Assembly: GCF_900184945.1 (NCBI RefSeq)
Contig: NZ_FXYF01000009.1
Location: forward strand, 94,174-158,173
Reading direction: 5' to 3'
Length of the DNA stretch: 64,000 bases
Source: Maliponia aquimaris
GTDB lineage: Bacteria; Pseudomonadota; Alphaproteobacteria; Rhodobacterales; Rhodobacteraceae
The position numbers and the translations under genes were made by a program. This document shows, one piece after another, positions 44,675-54,720 of the stretch (the stretch's first letter is position 1; each line of letters starts with the position of its first letter). The notes under the pieces are model-generated. The model worked only from the letters and a program-made list of their open reading frames with translations, was not told the origin of the DNA and made no database searches.

Positions 44675-45886
44675 ATGACCGAAGCCTATATCTACGACGC
44701 CGTCCGCACCCCGCGCGGCAAGGGCCGCGCCGACGGGGCGCTGCACGAAGTGACCAGCCTGCGCCTGTCGGCACAGGTGCTGAACGCGGTCAAGGCGCGC
44801 AACGGGCTGGACGGGCACGCCGTCGAGGACGTGATCTGGGGCAATGTCACCCAGGTCGGTGAACAGGGCGGCTGCCTGGCGCGGTCCGCCGTGCTGGCCA
44901 GCGACCTTGACGAGTCGATCCCCGGCCTCGCGATCAACCGCTTTTGCGCCTCCGGCCTTGAGGCGGTGAACCTGGCCGCGAACCAGGTGCGCGGCGGTGC
45001 CGGTGAAGCCTATATCGCCGGCGGGGTCGAGATGATGGGCCGGGTGGCCATGGGCTCGGACGGGGCGGCCATCGCCGTGGACCCGAGCATCGCCATGGAG
45101 CGCTATTTCGTGCCGCAGGGCATCAGCGCCGACATCATCGCCACCGAGTACGGGTTCAGCCGCGACGACGCCGACGCGCTGGCCGTCGAGAGCCAGCGCC
45201 GCGCCGCCAAGGCCTGGGCCGAGAAGCGGTTCGAAAAATCCATACTGACGGTGCGCGACATCAACGGCCTGCCGATCCTGGAGCAGGACGAATACATGCG
45301 CCCGGGCACCGACATGCAGTCGCTGGGCGCGCTGAGGCCGTCGTTCAAGGATATGGGCGAGGTCATGCCCGGGTTCGACGCCATCGCGCTGATGAAGTAC
45401 CCGCACCTCGAGCGGATCGAGCACATCCACCATGCCGGCAACTCCTCTGGGATCGTCGACGGCTCGGCCGCGATCCTCGTCGGCAACAAGGCCTTTGGCG
45501 AAAAGTGGGGGCTGAAGCCGCGCGCGCGCATTCGCGCCACCTGCAAGATCGGCACCGACCCGACCATCATGCTGACCGGCCCCGTGCCGGCGACCGAGAA
45601 GATCCTCAAGGACAGCGGCATGTCGATCGGCGACATCGACCTCTTCGAGGTGAACGAGGCCTTTGCCTCGGTGGTGCTGCGCTTCATGCAGGCCTTTGAC
45701 GTGGATGCCGACCGGGTGAACGTGAACGGCGGGTCGATCGCCATGGGGCACCCGCTGGGCGCGACCGGGGCGATCATCTTGGGCACCCTGCTGGACGAGC
45801 TGGAGCGGACCGGCAAGGGCACCGGCCTCGCCACGCTGTGCATCGCCTCGGGCATGGGTGCTGCGACGATCATCGAACGGGTCTGA
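44675..45886 (+). CDS. Acetyl-CoA C-acyltransferase (3-ketoacyl-CoA thiolase)
   Basis: Thiolase motifs INRFCASGLEAVNLAA (active-site Cys region), NVNGGSIAMGHPLGATG, C-terminal GxG (CIASGMGAA). Confidence 0.85.
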   Translation: MTEAYIYDAVRTPRGKGRADGALHEVTSLRLSAQVLNAVKARNGLDGHAVEDVIWGNVTQVGEQGGCLARSAVLASDLDESIPGLAINRFCASGLEAVNLAANQVRGGAGEAYIAGGVEMMGRVAMGSDGAAIAVDPSIAMERYFVPQGISADIIATEYGFSRDDADALAVESQRRAAKAWAEKRFEKSILTVRDINGLPILEQDEYMRPGTDMQSLGALRPSFKDMGEVMPGFDAIALMKYPHLERIEHIHHAGNSSGIVDGSAAILVGNKAFGEKWGLKPRARIRATCKIGTDPTIMLTGPVPATEKILKDSGMSIGDIDLFEVNEAFASVVLRFMQAFDVDADRVNVNGGSIAMGHPLGATGAIILGTLLDELERTGKGTGLATLCIASGMGAATIIERV

Positions 45887-45895
45887 GGCAGGACG

Positions 45896-46813
45896 GTGAC
45901 GACCGCGCCGGACAGCGCCGCCGAGGTGGCCACGCAACTCCTGGAGATCACCGGGGAGGCGCTGCTGTCCGGCGCGTTCGACCGTTTTGCCGAGTGTTTC
46001 CGGCTGCCGCAGGTGGTGGCGACGATGGACGGCGCGCGGGTGCTGCGCACGCGCGACGACCTGCGGCGGGTGTTTGACGAGGTGCGCGGGCTCTATGCCG
46101 AGCTGGGCGTGGCGCGGCTGGACCGCTGGGTCGAGGCGGCGCTGTTCGACGGGCCCGACCGGATCCGCCAGGCGCATGTCACGCACCTGCTGTCGAAGGA
46201 AGGCGCGCTGTTGCGGCCGCCCTTTACCGATCTTGCCGAGATCGTGAGGGAGGACGGGCGCTGGCAAGTCGTCGGCAACCAGTACACGGTCGAGACGGAC
46301 ACCGACCATGGCCGCGCGCTGCTGAGCGCGGGCGTGCGGCCCGAGGCCGAAGCCGGACCGGACAGCCCGGCGGCGGCGGTCTTTCAGGGCATCCTGGACC
46401 GGGTGACACGGGCCTTTCTGACCGGCGATTTCGAGACGATGTTCGCCGCCGTGCAGCTGCCGCTGTTCGTGCAGGCCAGCCAGGGCACGCGGGTCTTTGC
46501 CACCCGGGACGAGGTGGAGGCCGACTTTCGCCGCTACGTCACGGAATTCCGCGTCCACGGGGTGACGGATGCCGTGCGCAAGGTGACCAGCGCCGAGATG
46601 GTGGGCGCACGGCGCATCACCGGCGGCTATCGCACGCATATCCTGAGCGGCGCGCAGCTGGTCGTTCCGGCCTACAAGAGCGCGATGACGGTGGAACAGG
46701 GCGACGACCTGGCCTGGCGGATGACGTCGATCATCCACCCGATGGGGCACCTGACGCTGACGGACAAGTCGGAGGCGCGGAACCTGCCGTGCCCCGGGGA
46801 CGGCAGGTCATGA
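45896..46813 (+). CDS. Hypothetical protein with internal tandem duplication of an NTF2/SnoaL-like ~130-aa module
   Basis: Halves align: FDRFAECFRLPQVVATMDGARVLRTRDDLRRVFDEV vs FETMFAAVQLPLFVQASQGTRVFATRDEVEADFRRYV, and so on. Embedded in the beta-oxidation operon. Confidence 0.55.
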   Translation: MTTAPDSAAEVATQLLEITGEALLSGAFDRFAECFRLPQVVATMDGARVLRTRDDLRRVFDEVRGLYAELGVARLDRWVEAALFDGPDRIRQAHVTHLLSKEGALLRPPFTDLAEIVREDGRWQVVGNQYTVETDTDHGRALLSAGVRPEAEAGPDSPAAAVFQGILDRVTRAFLTGDFETMFAAVQLPLFVQASQGTRVFATRDEVEADFRRYVTEFRVHGVTDAVRKVTSAEMVGARRITGGYRTHILSGAQLVVPAYKSAMTVEQGDDLAWRMTSIIHPMGHLTLTDKSEARNLPCPGDGRS

Positions 46814-46895
46814 GCGGGGTGCGGAACCGGCGTCCGGCCGTTGCCGCCGGACTGACCTGCAAGACCGGCGGCGACCGGACAAAGAGAGGAGCGGC

Positions 46896-47366
46896 GTGAT
46901 GCCCAAGATCGACCTGTCCCGCGTGCCGGTATCCACCGGGTCCTCCTACCCGCCGCCGCATGACGCGGCGATGGCCGGGCGCAGCGCGCAGCGGCTGGGC
47001 GACGCCTCGGGGCTGACCCAGTTCGGCGTCAACCTGGTGCGGTTGGCGCCGGGCGCGATGTCCTCGCTGCGGCACTGGCACGAACGGCAGGACGAATTCC
47101 TGGTGGTGACCGAGGGCGCGCTGGTGCTGGTGGATGACACCGGCGAGACGCCTCTGGTGCCCGGCGATTGCTGCGCCTTTCCGGCCGGCGACGCCAACGG
47201 GCACCACATCGTCAACCGCGCGGAGACCCCCGGCGCCTTTGTCGTGGTCGGCACAAGGACCGAGAGTGAGACGGGCTGGTATTCCGACGTCGACATGAAG
47301 GTCGAGATGGCGGACGGCAGGATGCGGTTCCTGCGGCGCGATGGAGGGGAGCTTGACCCGTCATGA
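46896..47366 (+). CDS. Cupin domain protein
   Basis: Cupin motifs (LRHWHERQDEFLVVTEGALVLVDD; PGDCCAFPAGDANGHHIVN). Confidence 0.65.
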   Translation: MMPKIDLSRVPVSTGSSYPPPHDAAMAGRSAQRLGDASGLTQFGVNLVRLAPGAMSSLRHWHERQDEFLVVTEGALVLVDDTGETPLVPGDCCAFPAGDANGHHIVNRAETPGAFVVVGTRTESETGWYSDVDMKVEMADGRMRFLRRDGGELDPS

Positions 47367-47800
47367 CCGACCCCACCTTTACCGATGCCGAATTCGAGCG
47401 GTTCCTCAAGGACATCTCGGTCGCCTTCATGCGGCCGGAGTTCACGCTATGGCGGCGCCGCCTGCTGTTGCCGTTCAGCATGGTGACGGCGGACGGCCCG
47501 GTCACGCTGCACACCGACGCCGACGTGGCGCGGAACTTTGCGCTGTACCTCAAGGCCTGCGAGGCGATGGGGCTGAACCTGGTGCACCGCGAACCGATGG
47601 GGATCGAGCAGTGCCCGGACGGCACCGTGCTGGCCACCTACCGCACCCACCTGATGCACAACGCGACGCGGCTTGCCGACCCCTATACCTCGACCGCGCT
47701 GCTGCATCCCTGCCCTGACGGCTGGCGCATGTCGGCCATCCTCAACGCCCGTGGCCACCATACCTGGACCGGGCGCCCGCCAACAAACTCTGGAGAGTGA
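47363..47800 (+). CDS. Hypothetical protein (145 aa)
   Basis: ATGA overlap with the cupin gene and with the fadB-like gene; operon member. I recognise no family. Confidence 0.5.
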   Translation: MTDPTFTDAEFERFLKDISVAFMRPEFTLWRRRLLLPFSMVTADGPVTLHTDADVARNFALYLKACEAMGLNLVHREPMGIEQCPDGTVLATYRTHLMHNATRLADPYTSTALLHPCPDGWRMSAILNARGHHTWTGRPPTNSGE

Positions 47801-50001
47801 CAATGACTGATTTCACGATGGAAAAAGGCGCCGATGGCGTCGCGGTGATCACCTGGGACGTTCCCGGCAAGTCGATGAACGTGATGACGCTGGAAGCCTG
47901 GGACGTGCTGGAAGGGCTGGTCGACGAGGCGCTGGCCGATGAGGCCGTCAAGGGCATCGTCATCACCTCGGGCAAGGACAGCTTTGCCGGCGGGATGGAC
48001 CTGAACGTGATCGCGAAGATGAAGGAGATGGCCGGCGACGACCCGGCCAGGGGGCTGTTCGACGGGATCATGAACGCCCACCGCATCCTGCGCAAGATCG
48101 AGCGCGCCGGCATGGACCCCAAGACCCTGAAGGGTGGCAAGCCGATCGCCACCGCCCTGCCCGGCACCGCGCTGGGCATCGGGCTGGAAATCCCGCTGGC
48201 GACGCACCGGATCTTTGCCGCCGACAACCCCAAGGCCAAGATCGGCCTGCCCGAGATCATGGTCGGCATCTTTCCGGGCGCGGGCGGCACCACGCGGCTG
48301 GTGCGCAAGATGGGGGCGATGGCGGCCTCGCCCTTCCTGCTGGAGGGCAAGCTGTCGGACCCGAAGAAGGCCAAGGCGGCGGGGCTGATCGACGAGGTGG
48401 TCGCGGATCCGCTGGCCGCTGCGAAAGAGTGGGTTTTGTCGGCCAAGGATGCCGATATCGTCAAGCCCTGGGACGCCAAGGGCTACAAGATGCCGGGCGG
48501 CGCGCCCTATCACCCGGCGGGCTTCATGACCTTTGTCGGGGCCTCGGCCATGGTGAATGGCAAGACCAAGGGCGTCTACCCGGCGGCCAAGGCGCTGCTG
48601 TCGGCGGTCTACGAAGGCGCCTTGGTGCCCTTTGATACCGCGCTGAAGATCGAGGCGCGGTGGTTCACCCACGTGCTGATGCACCCGTCGTCGGGGGCGA
48701 TGATCCGGTCGCTGTTCATCAACAAGGAGGCGCTGGAAAAGGGCGCGGTGCGTCCGGCGGATGTGTCCGACCAGCGGGTCAGGAAACTGGGCGTGCTGGG
48801 CGCGGGCATGATGGGCGCGGGCATCGCGCTGGTGTCCGCGCAGGCGGGCATCGAGGTGGTGCTGCTGGACCGCGAGCTGGCCGCCGCCGAGAAGGGCAAG
48901 GCCTACAGCGCGGATTATGCCGCCAAGGGGGTGAGCCGCAAGAAGATCACCCAGGACAAGGCCGACGAGATGCTGGCGCGGATCACCGCGACCGCCTCGT
49001 ATGACGATCTGAAGGGCTGCGACCTGATCGTCGAGGCGGTGTTCGAGGATCCGAAGGTCAAGGCCGAGGTGACCAAGGCCGTGGACGCGGTGACGGACGC
49101 CGACTGCATCTTTGCCACCAACACCTCGACCCTGCCGATTTCCGACCTGGCCAAGGCGTCGAAGAACCCGGAGCAGTTCATCGGCATCCACTTCTTCAGC
49201 CCGGTGGAAAAGATGCTGCTGGTCGAGATCATCAAGGGCAAGGCGACCGGCGACCGCGCGGTGGCCAAGGCGCTGGATTTCGTGCGCCAGATCCGCAAGA
49301 CGCCGATCGTGGTGAACGACGCGCGCTTCTTCTACGCCAACCGCTGCATCATTCCCTACATCAACGAGGGCATCCGCATGGTGGCCGAGGGCGTCGCCCC
49401 GGCGCTGATCGAGAATGCCGCCAAGATGGTGGGGATGCCGCTGGGTCCGCTGCAACTGGTGGACGAAACCTCGATCGACCTGGGGGCCAAGATCGCCCGC
49501 GCGACCAGGGCGGCGATGGGGGACGCCTATCCCGATGGCGCGGTGGACGAGGTCATCTTCTGGATGGAGGGCGAGGGACGGCTGGGCCGCAAGGCCAGGG
49601 CCGGCTTCTACGACTACGACGAGAAGGGCAAGCGCGCGGGCCTGAGCGCGGCCGTGTCGGCGAAGTACCCGCAGGCGGCCGAGCAGCCCGACGTGACCGA
49701 GGTGCAGCACCGGCTGCTGTTCGTGCAGTCGCTGGAGGCGGTGCGCGCGTTGGAGGACGGCGTTCTGATGGACATCCGCGAAGGCGACGTGGGGGCGATC
49801 CTGGGCTGGGGCTTTGCGCCCTGGTCGGGCGGCCCGCTGTCCTGGCTGGACATGATCGGCGCGCCCTATGCCGCCGAACGCTGCGACGAGTTGGCCGCGA
49901 CGTTCGGGCCGCGCTTTGCCTGCCCTGCCCTGCTGCGCGACCTCGCCGAAAGCGGCGAAGGGTTCTATGAGCGGTTCGGCGGCGCGAAGGCGGCGGCCTG
50001 A
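47797..50001 (+). CDS. fadB: Fatty-acid oxidation complex alpha subunit (enoyl-CoA hydratase / 3-hydroxyacyl-CoA dehydrogenase, FadB/FadJ-like)
   Basis: 734 aa. N-terminal crotonase fold, central NAD-binding (VLGAGMMGAGIA), C-terminal 3HCDH domains. Confidence 0.85.
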   Translation: MTMTDFTMEKGADGVAVITWDVPGKSMNVMTLEAWDVLEGLVDEALADEAVKGIVITSGKDSFAGGMDLNVIAKMKEMAGDDPARGLFDGIMNAHRILRKIERAGMDPKTLKGGKPIATALPGTALGIGLEIPLATHRIFAADNPKAKIGLPEIMVGIFPGAGGTTRLVRKMGAMAASPFLLEGKLSDPKKAKAAGLIDEVVADPLAAAKEWVLSAKDADIVKPWDAKGYKMPGGAPYHPAGFMTFVGASAMVNGKTKGVYPAAKALLSAVYEGALVPFDTALKIEARWFTHVLMHPSSGAMIRSLFINKEALEKGAVRPADVSDQRVRKLGVLGAGMMGAGIALVSAQAGIEVVLLDRELAAAEKGKAYSADYAAKGVSRKKITQDKADEMLARITATASYDDLKGCDLIVEAVFEDPKVKAEVTKAVDAVTDADCIFATNTSTLPISDLAKASKNPEQFIGIHFFSPVEKMLLVEIIKGKATGDRAVAKALDFVRQIRKTPIVVNDARFFYANRCIIPYINEGIRMVAEGVAPALIENAAKMVGMPLGPLQLVDETSIDLGAKIARATRAAMGDAYPDGAVDEVIFWMEGEGRLGRKARAGFYDYDEKGKRAGLSAAVSAKYPQAAEQPDVTEVQHRLLFVQSLEAVRALEDGVLMDIREGDVGAILGWGFAPWSGGPLSWLDMIGAPYAAERCDELAATFGPRFACPALLRDLAESGEGFYERFGGAKAAA

Positions 50002-50059
50002 CATTGCAGCGGGGAGGCCCCAAGGCTGGCCTCCCCTAGCGCCCCCGCAGGAGCCCATC

Positions 50060-50563
50060 ATGCCCGAACCCGTGTTCACCGCCCTGAAACCCGGACCGCC
50101 CAGGCTGGAGGAGACGGCGGCGCTGGCCGGGCATCTGCACGCGGGCCAGGTGGACAAGGCGGGACAGCCCTACATCGGTCACCTGGTGCGGGTGTCGCGG
50201 CACCTGCTGCGGCTGTTTCCCGACGCCACCCCGGACGAACGCCACGCCGCCTGGCTGCATGACGCCGTGGAGGACACCGCGACCACGCCGGAGGACCTGC
50301 GCGCGCTGGGGTATTCCGAGACGGTCATCGCCATCGTGCGGGCCGTGACCAAGACCGACGCGGCGATCAGCTATGCCGAGCGGATCGACCTGATGGCCCG
50401 CGAGGCGCCGCTGGGCGCGCTGCGGGTGAAGCTGGCCGACCTGTCGGACAATTCGGACCCGGCGCGGCTGGCCACGCTGCCGCCCGAGCGTGCCGCGAGC
50501 CTGGGCGCGCGGTATCGCGCCGCCATTGCCCGCCTGACCGAGGAACTGGCCGCGCGCGGCTGA
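50060..50563 (+). CDS. HD-domain metal-dependent phosphohydrolase
   Basis: HLVRVSRHL ... AAWLHDAVEDT fits the H...HD....ED pattern of small HD proteins. ATG 50060. Confidence 0.65.
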   Translation: MPEPVFTALKPGPPRLEETAALAGHLHAGQVDKAGQPYIGHLVRVSRHLLRLFPDATPDERHAAWLHDAVEDTATTPEDLRALGYSETVIAIVRAVTKTDAAISYAERIDLMAREAPLGALRVKLADLSDNSDPARLATLPPERAASLGARYRAAIARLTEELAARG

Positions 50564-50572
50564 ACCGTGGTG

Positions 50573-51106
50573 TCAGACGCCCGGCGGCCCCGTGTCGAGA
50601 TGGCCGGAATAGGCGATGAGGCGGGGCCCGCCCAGTGGCAGCGCGATGGAAATGTCAAAGCGGTAGCGCCCGCCCTCGGCCCATTCCCGCGCGGTGACCC
50701 GGGGCCACAACAGGCGCGGCAGCGGCAGGCCCAGCACGCGCACCCAGGCGGTCTCCAGCGCCAGCCCCTGCGGCCCGGGGCGCAGCCATGCGGCCAGGGT
50801 CAACGGCCCCAGCCGCTCGGCCAGTGTGCCATCGGGCATGGCGGTCTGATGCGAGGCCATGACATGCGCCCCGATGCGCCGGGTCCAGCGCGCGCCGCCG
50901 CCTTCGGGTGCGGTTTCGAACACCAGCGGGGCATCGGTGACCGCGCCGGGCAACCCCGCCAGCCGCGCCAGCAGGCGCAGCGGGGCCAGCGGGGCGGCCA
51001 ACACGGTGATCCGCCCCTGAAACCGGCCGAAACCGCCATGCAGCGCCCGGCACGGCCCTGGCAGATCGGCCAGCGCCGCGCCCAGCAGCTGGGCATAGGG
51101 GGTCAC
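50573..51106 (-). CDS. DUF4166 domain protein
   Basis: 177 aa. ATGA overlap with the upstream DCC-family gene, a pairing commonly seen for DUF4166. Assignment by pattern only. Confidence 0.5.
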   Translation of the reverse strand: MTPYAQLLGAALADLPGPCRALHGGFGRFQGRITVLAAPLAPLRLLARLAGLPGAVTDAPLVFETAPEGGGARWTRRIGAHVMASHQTAMPDGTLAERLGPLTLAAWLRPGPQGLALETAWVRVLGLPLPRLLWPRVTAREWAEGGRYRFDISIALPLGGPRLIAYSGHLDTGPPGV

Positions 51107-51564
51107 CCGACCAGCCTGCGGCGCACTTCGGCGTCCGGCAGGCCGCAGAGATCGCCGCCGCCGAACAGCCGGTAGCGATTGCGCGCGACGCGGGCGTAGA
51201 GCCAGTCCTGCACACGGCGCGGCAAGAGGTGCAGCAGCCGCAGGGGCACAAAGGCGCGGTGGAGAAGGGGAAACAGCGTCGCCGCCGCGTCGAGCGAGCC
51301 CTGGGCCCGGCCGTCACGGATCAGCAGCCAGGTGTCGGGGTCCTCCGGGTCGAGGCCGAAGTGCGCCAGCAGCCCCTGCCCCAGCGCCGATTGCGCGGTA
51401 CACAGGCGCACCGCGTCGCCGCGGTCCAGCCGCGCAATGCGCCGCGCCGTCGCCGAGCACAACCCGCAGGCGCCATCCAGCACCACCAGCATGCGGGTTT
51501 CGTCGAACGCCGGCACCGCGGGATCGTCGCGCCAGGAATAGGGCTGTCTGTCGATGGGGCGCAT
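51103..51564 (-). CDS. Thiol-disulfide oxidoreductase DCC (DUF393) family protein
   Basis: Start at MRPIDRQ (ATG 51564). LVVLDGACGLCSATARRIARLD carries the CxxC DCC signature. The ORF-track N-terminal extension is low-complexity. Confidence 0.6.
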   Translation of the reverse strand: MRPIDRQPYSWRDDPAVPAFDETRMLVVLDGACGLCSATARRIARLDRGDAVRLCTAQSALGQGLLAHFGLDPEDPDTWLLIRDGRAQGSLDAAATLFPLLHRAFVPLRLLHLLPRRVQDWLYARVARNRYRLFGGGDLCGLPDAEVRRRLVG

Positions 51565-51903
51565 GTGGAACCTCCGGATGGTGGTATAGCCGGGGTCGCG
51601 GCGCGCGCCAATCGAAAGGCGCGGCCCGGGGCAATGGCTAGAATTGTCGGTTTTCCGGCGCCTGCGCGCCACGGTCCGGCCCGGCCCGGGTGCATTCCGA
51701 TTTTCAGAACGAAACCATGCAGTTGACGACGCGCACAACCCCTGATGGCACCGGGCGGACATTTGCCCCCGTGGCGGTTGGGGGCGCCGGGGCGGCCGGA
51801 CCGGCTTTTGGAACGCTTTGTTAATTTCGCGTCCGTAATCCTGCGGTCCGTCAGATGTGCCGTGACGACGCACATGCCGTGCCACCGAGGATGCCATATC
51901 GCG

Positions 51904-52188
51904 ATGTCAGACATCAGTTTCCATGCCCTGGGTCCGGCCCGGGCCCGATCCGGCGAAGATCCACTGGTTTCTTTCCTGCTCGACGCCCGGCGGATGCCGG
52001 TGACCGTCTCGGCGCGCAATGTCGCGCGACTCGACTCGCACCGGCTGCAACTGCTGCTGGTGGCGCAGAGGCAATGGGCGGTCGACGGCATCGGCTTTGA
52101 GGTGACCGAGATGGCGCCCAGTTTCCGCGAGGGGCTCGAAAGGCTTGGTCTCTCCCCCGATCATTTCGACAAGGAACAGCTGCAATGA
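51904..52188 (+). CDS. STAS-like small chemotaxis-operon protein (CheS-like)
   Basis: 94 aa. ATG 51904 with GAGGA RBS; stop overlaps cheY start. LDSHRLQLLLVAQRQWAVDGIGFEV is STAS/anti-sigma-antagonist-like. Same position as cheS in the Sinorhizobium che operon. Confidence 0.5.
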   Translation: MSDISFHALGPARARSGEDPLVSFLLDARRMPVTVSARNVARLDSHRLQLLLVAQRQWAVDGIGFEVTEMAPSFREGLERLGLSPDHFDKEQLQ

Positions 52189-52559
52189 CGACAAAAGTCC
52201 TGGCAATCGACGATTCACGAACGATCCGGAACCTGCTGCGCGTGTCCCTCGAAGGCGCGGGGTTCGAATTCCACTCGGCCTGCGACGGGCAGGAAGGGGT
52301 CGATGTCTTTCCCGACGTGGACCCGGATGTCGTCATCACCGACATCAACATGCCCAAGATGGACGGCTTTGGCGTGATCGACACCCTGCGCAGCGGGCCG
52401 AACCGCACCAACGTGCCGATCCTGGTGCTGACCACCGAAAGCTCGGACGCGCTGAAGGCGCGGGCGCGGGCGGCCGGGGCGACCGGCTGGATCGTGAAAC
52501 CTTTCGACGATGCCTCGCTGGTGTCGGTGCTGCGGCGTTTGACGGGGCATATGGGCTGA
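52185..52559 (+). CDS. cheY: Chemotaxis response regulator CheY
   Basis: Receiver domain with DD (LAIDDS), phospho-acceptor D (VITDINMP), T (LVLTT), K (IVKP). Confidence 0.85.
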   Translation: MTTKVLAIDDSRTIRNLLRVSLEGAGFEFHSACDGQEGVDVFPDVDPDVVITDINMPKMDGFGVIDTLRSGPNRTNVPILVLTTESSDALKARARAAGATGWIVKPFDDASLVSVLRRLTGHMG

Positions 52560-52560
52560 A

Positions 52561-54720
52561 ATGTCAGGCAATTCCATCAAGGACACCTTCTTCGAGGAAT
52601 GCGAAGAGCTTCTCGAAGCCCTGGTCGAAGGGCTCGCCCAGATGGAGGCGAGCCCCGACGACATGGAGGTGATCAACGCGGTCTTCCGGTCGGTCCATTC
52701 GATCAAGGGCGGCGCCGGGGCCTTTGGCCTGGACCGGCTCGTGTCCTTTGCGCATTCGTTCGAAACGGTGATGGACAAGGTCCGCGACCGCGAGCTTGCC
52801 GTCGATGCCAAGCTGATGAGCCTGTTCCACAGGTCCGGCGACCAGCTGGCCGACCTTGTCGCCGCCGCGCGGGACGACAGCCCGCTTGACGACGACGCGG
52901 AAACCGCACTGCTGAAGGAGCTGGAGGCCTATCTCGGCACCGAGAGCGCCGAGGAAGAATTCAGCTTTGAAGCGGTGACGCTGGATTTCGACGGCCCCGA
53001 GGTGGCGCTGCCGCCGGCCGACGACGCCGCCGGGCTGCGGGTGTTCGACATCCGCTTTGCCCCGACACGGGCGCTGTACGAGAACGGGCACGAGCCGCTG
53101 CTGATCTTCGACGCGCTGGCCGAACTGGGCACGCTGGAGGTCGAGGCGGACCTGGGCAAGCTGCCGGAGTTCGACAGCTTTGACCCGTCGGACGCGGTGC
53201 TGTCCTGGACGCTGCGCCTGACCACCTCCGAGCCGGAAACGACGCTGCATGAGGTGTTCGAATTCGTCGAGGGGCTGTGCGCGCTCGAGGTGTCGGTGGA
53301 TGCCTCCGCCCTGCCCCTGCCGGCCGTGCCCGTGGCGGTGCCGGAAACCGATGACGACGTCGCCGAGGACGAGAGCAGCCCGGCCGCGTCGGCAGAGGCC
53401 GGGCCATCGCGCCCCGAGCCGCGCAGCGGGCCGGAGCCGGACCGCAAGGCCGCCGCCGGGTCTGCCGCCGCGGCATCCGCCTCCAAGGAGGCGCGTGGCC
53501 CCAAGCCGACGCTGCGCGTCGATCTCGACCGGGTGGACCGGCTGATCAACACCGTGGGCGAGTTGATCATCAACCAGGCGATGATCTCGCAGCGGATCGA
53601 GGAACTGGACCTGCCGACCGTCGCCCATCTGACCAACGAGCTGGAAGCCTACAAGCTGCTGGCGCGCGACATCCAGGAAGGCGTGATGGCGATCCGCGCC
53701 CAGCCGGTCAAGCCGCTGTTCCAGCGCATGTCGCGGATCGTGCGCGAGGCCTCGGACGCCACCGGCAAGAAGGCGAAGATGGTGACGGTCGGCGATTCGA
53801 CCGAGGTCGACAAGACGGTGATCGAACGGCTGGCCGATCCGCTGACGCACATGGTGCGCAACGCGGTGGACCACGGCCTGGAACAGCCCGAGGTCCGCAC
53901 CGCCGAAGGCAAGGACCCGACCGGCACGATCCGCCTCTCGGCCGCGCACCGCTCGGGCAGCGTGTTCATCGAAATCGCCGACGACGGTGCCGGGCTCAAC
54001 CGCGAACGGATCCTGCAGAAGGCGGTCGAGAAGGGGCTGGTGCCGCCGGAGGCCGAACTGTCCGATGCCGAGATCGACAACCTGCTGTTCCTGCCCGGCT
54101 TTTCCACCGCGGGCCAGGTCTCGGCCCTGTCCGGGCGCGGCGTGGGCATGGACGTGGTCAAGAACGCGGTCCACGCGCTGGGCGGGCGGGTGTCGATCAC
54201 CTCGACCCCGGGCAAGGGCACGACCTTTGCCATCGTCCTGCCGCTGACGCTAGCGGTGATGGACGGCTTCGTGATCTCCGTCGGCGACCAGACGATGGTG
54301 ATCCCGATTTCGTCGATCCTGGAGACGATCCGACCCAACCCGCGCGACATCCACGTGGTGGGGACCGACAGCGAGGTGGTCAGCGTGCGCGGGTCCTACG
54401 TGCCGATCGTCGACGTGGCCGAGAGCCTGGGCCTGCACGGCAGCGGCGACGACAAGGGCACCGGCATCCTGCTGCTGGTCAGCACCGAGATGCAGGGGCT
54501 GACCGCGCTGCGGGTGACGGCCATCCACGACCAGCGCCAGGTGGTGATCAAGAGCCTGGAAAGCAACTATGCCGCGATCCCCGGCGTCTCGGCCGCGACG
54601 ATCCTGGGCGACGGCAAGATCGCCCTGATCCTGGACCCGGAAGAGCTGATCAGGCTCGCCCACACCTCGGGCACCGACCCCTTTGCACAGCACAGCAGAA
54701 TGGAGCTTCGTCATGGCTGA
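52561..54720 (+). CDS. cheA: Chemotaxis histidine kinase CheA
   Basis: Hpt domain with phospho-His (FRSVHSIKGGAGAFGL), long Ala/Pro/Glu-rich linker, dimerisation, HATPase (HMVRNAVDHG, GRGVGMDVV), C-terminal CheW-like domain. Confidence 0.9.
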   Translation: MSGNSIKDTFFEECEELLEALVEGLAQMEASPDDMEVINAVFRSVHSIKGGAGAFGLDRLVSFAHSFETVMDKVRDRELAVDAKLMSLFHRSGDQLADLVAAARDDSPLDDDAETALLKELEAYLGTESAEEEFSFEAVTLDFDGPEVALPPADDAAGLRVFDIRFAPTRALYENGHEPLLIFDALAELGTLEVEADLGKLPEFDSFDPSDAVLSWTLRLTTSEPETTLHEVFEFVEGLCALEVSVDASALPLPAVPVAVPETDDDVAEDESSPAASAEAGPSRPEPRSGPEPDRKAAAGSAAAASASKEARGPKPTLRVDLDRVDRLINTVGELIINQAMISQRIEELDLPTVAHLTNELEAYKLLARDIQEGVMAIRAQPVKPLFQRMSRIVREASDATGKKAKMVTVGDSTEVDKTVIERLADPLTHMVRNAVDHGLEQPEVRTAEGKDPTGTIRLSAAHRSGSVFIEIADDGAGLNRERILQKAVEKGLVPPEAELSDAEIDNLLFLPGFSTAGQVSALSGRGVGMDVVKNAVHALGGRVSITSTPGKGTTFAIVLPLTLAVMDGFVISVGDQTMVIPISSILETIRPNPRDIHVVGTDSEVVSVRGSYVPIVDVAESLGLHGSGDDKGTGILLLVSTEMQGLTALRVTAIHDQRQVVIKSLESNYAAIPGVSAATILGDGKIALILDPEELIRLAHTSGTDPFAQHSRMELRHG

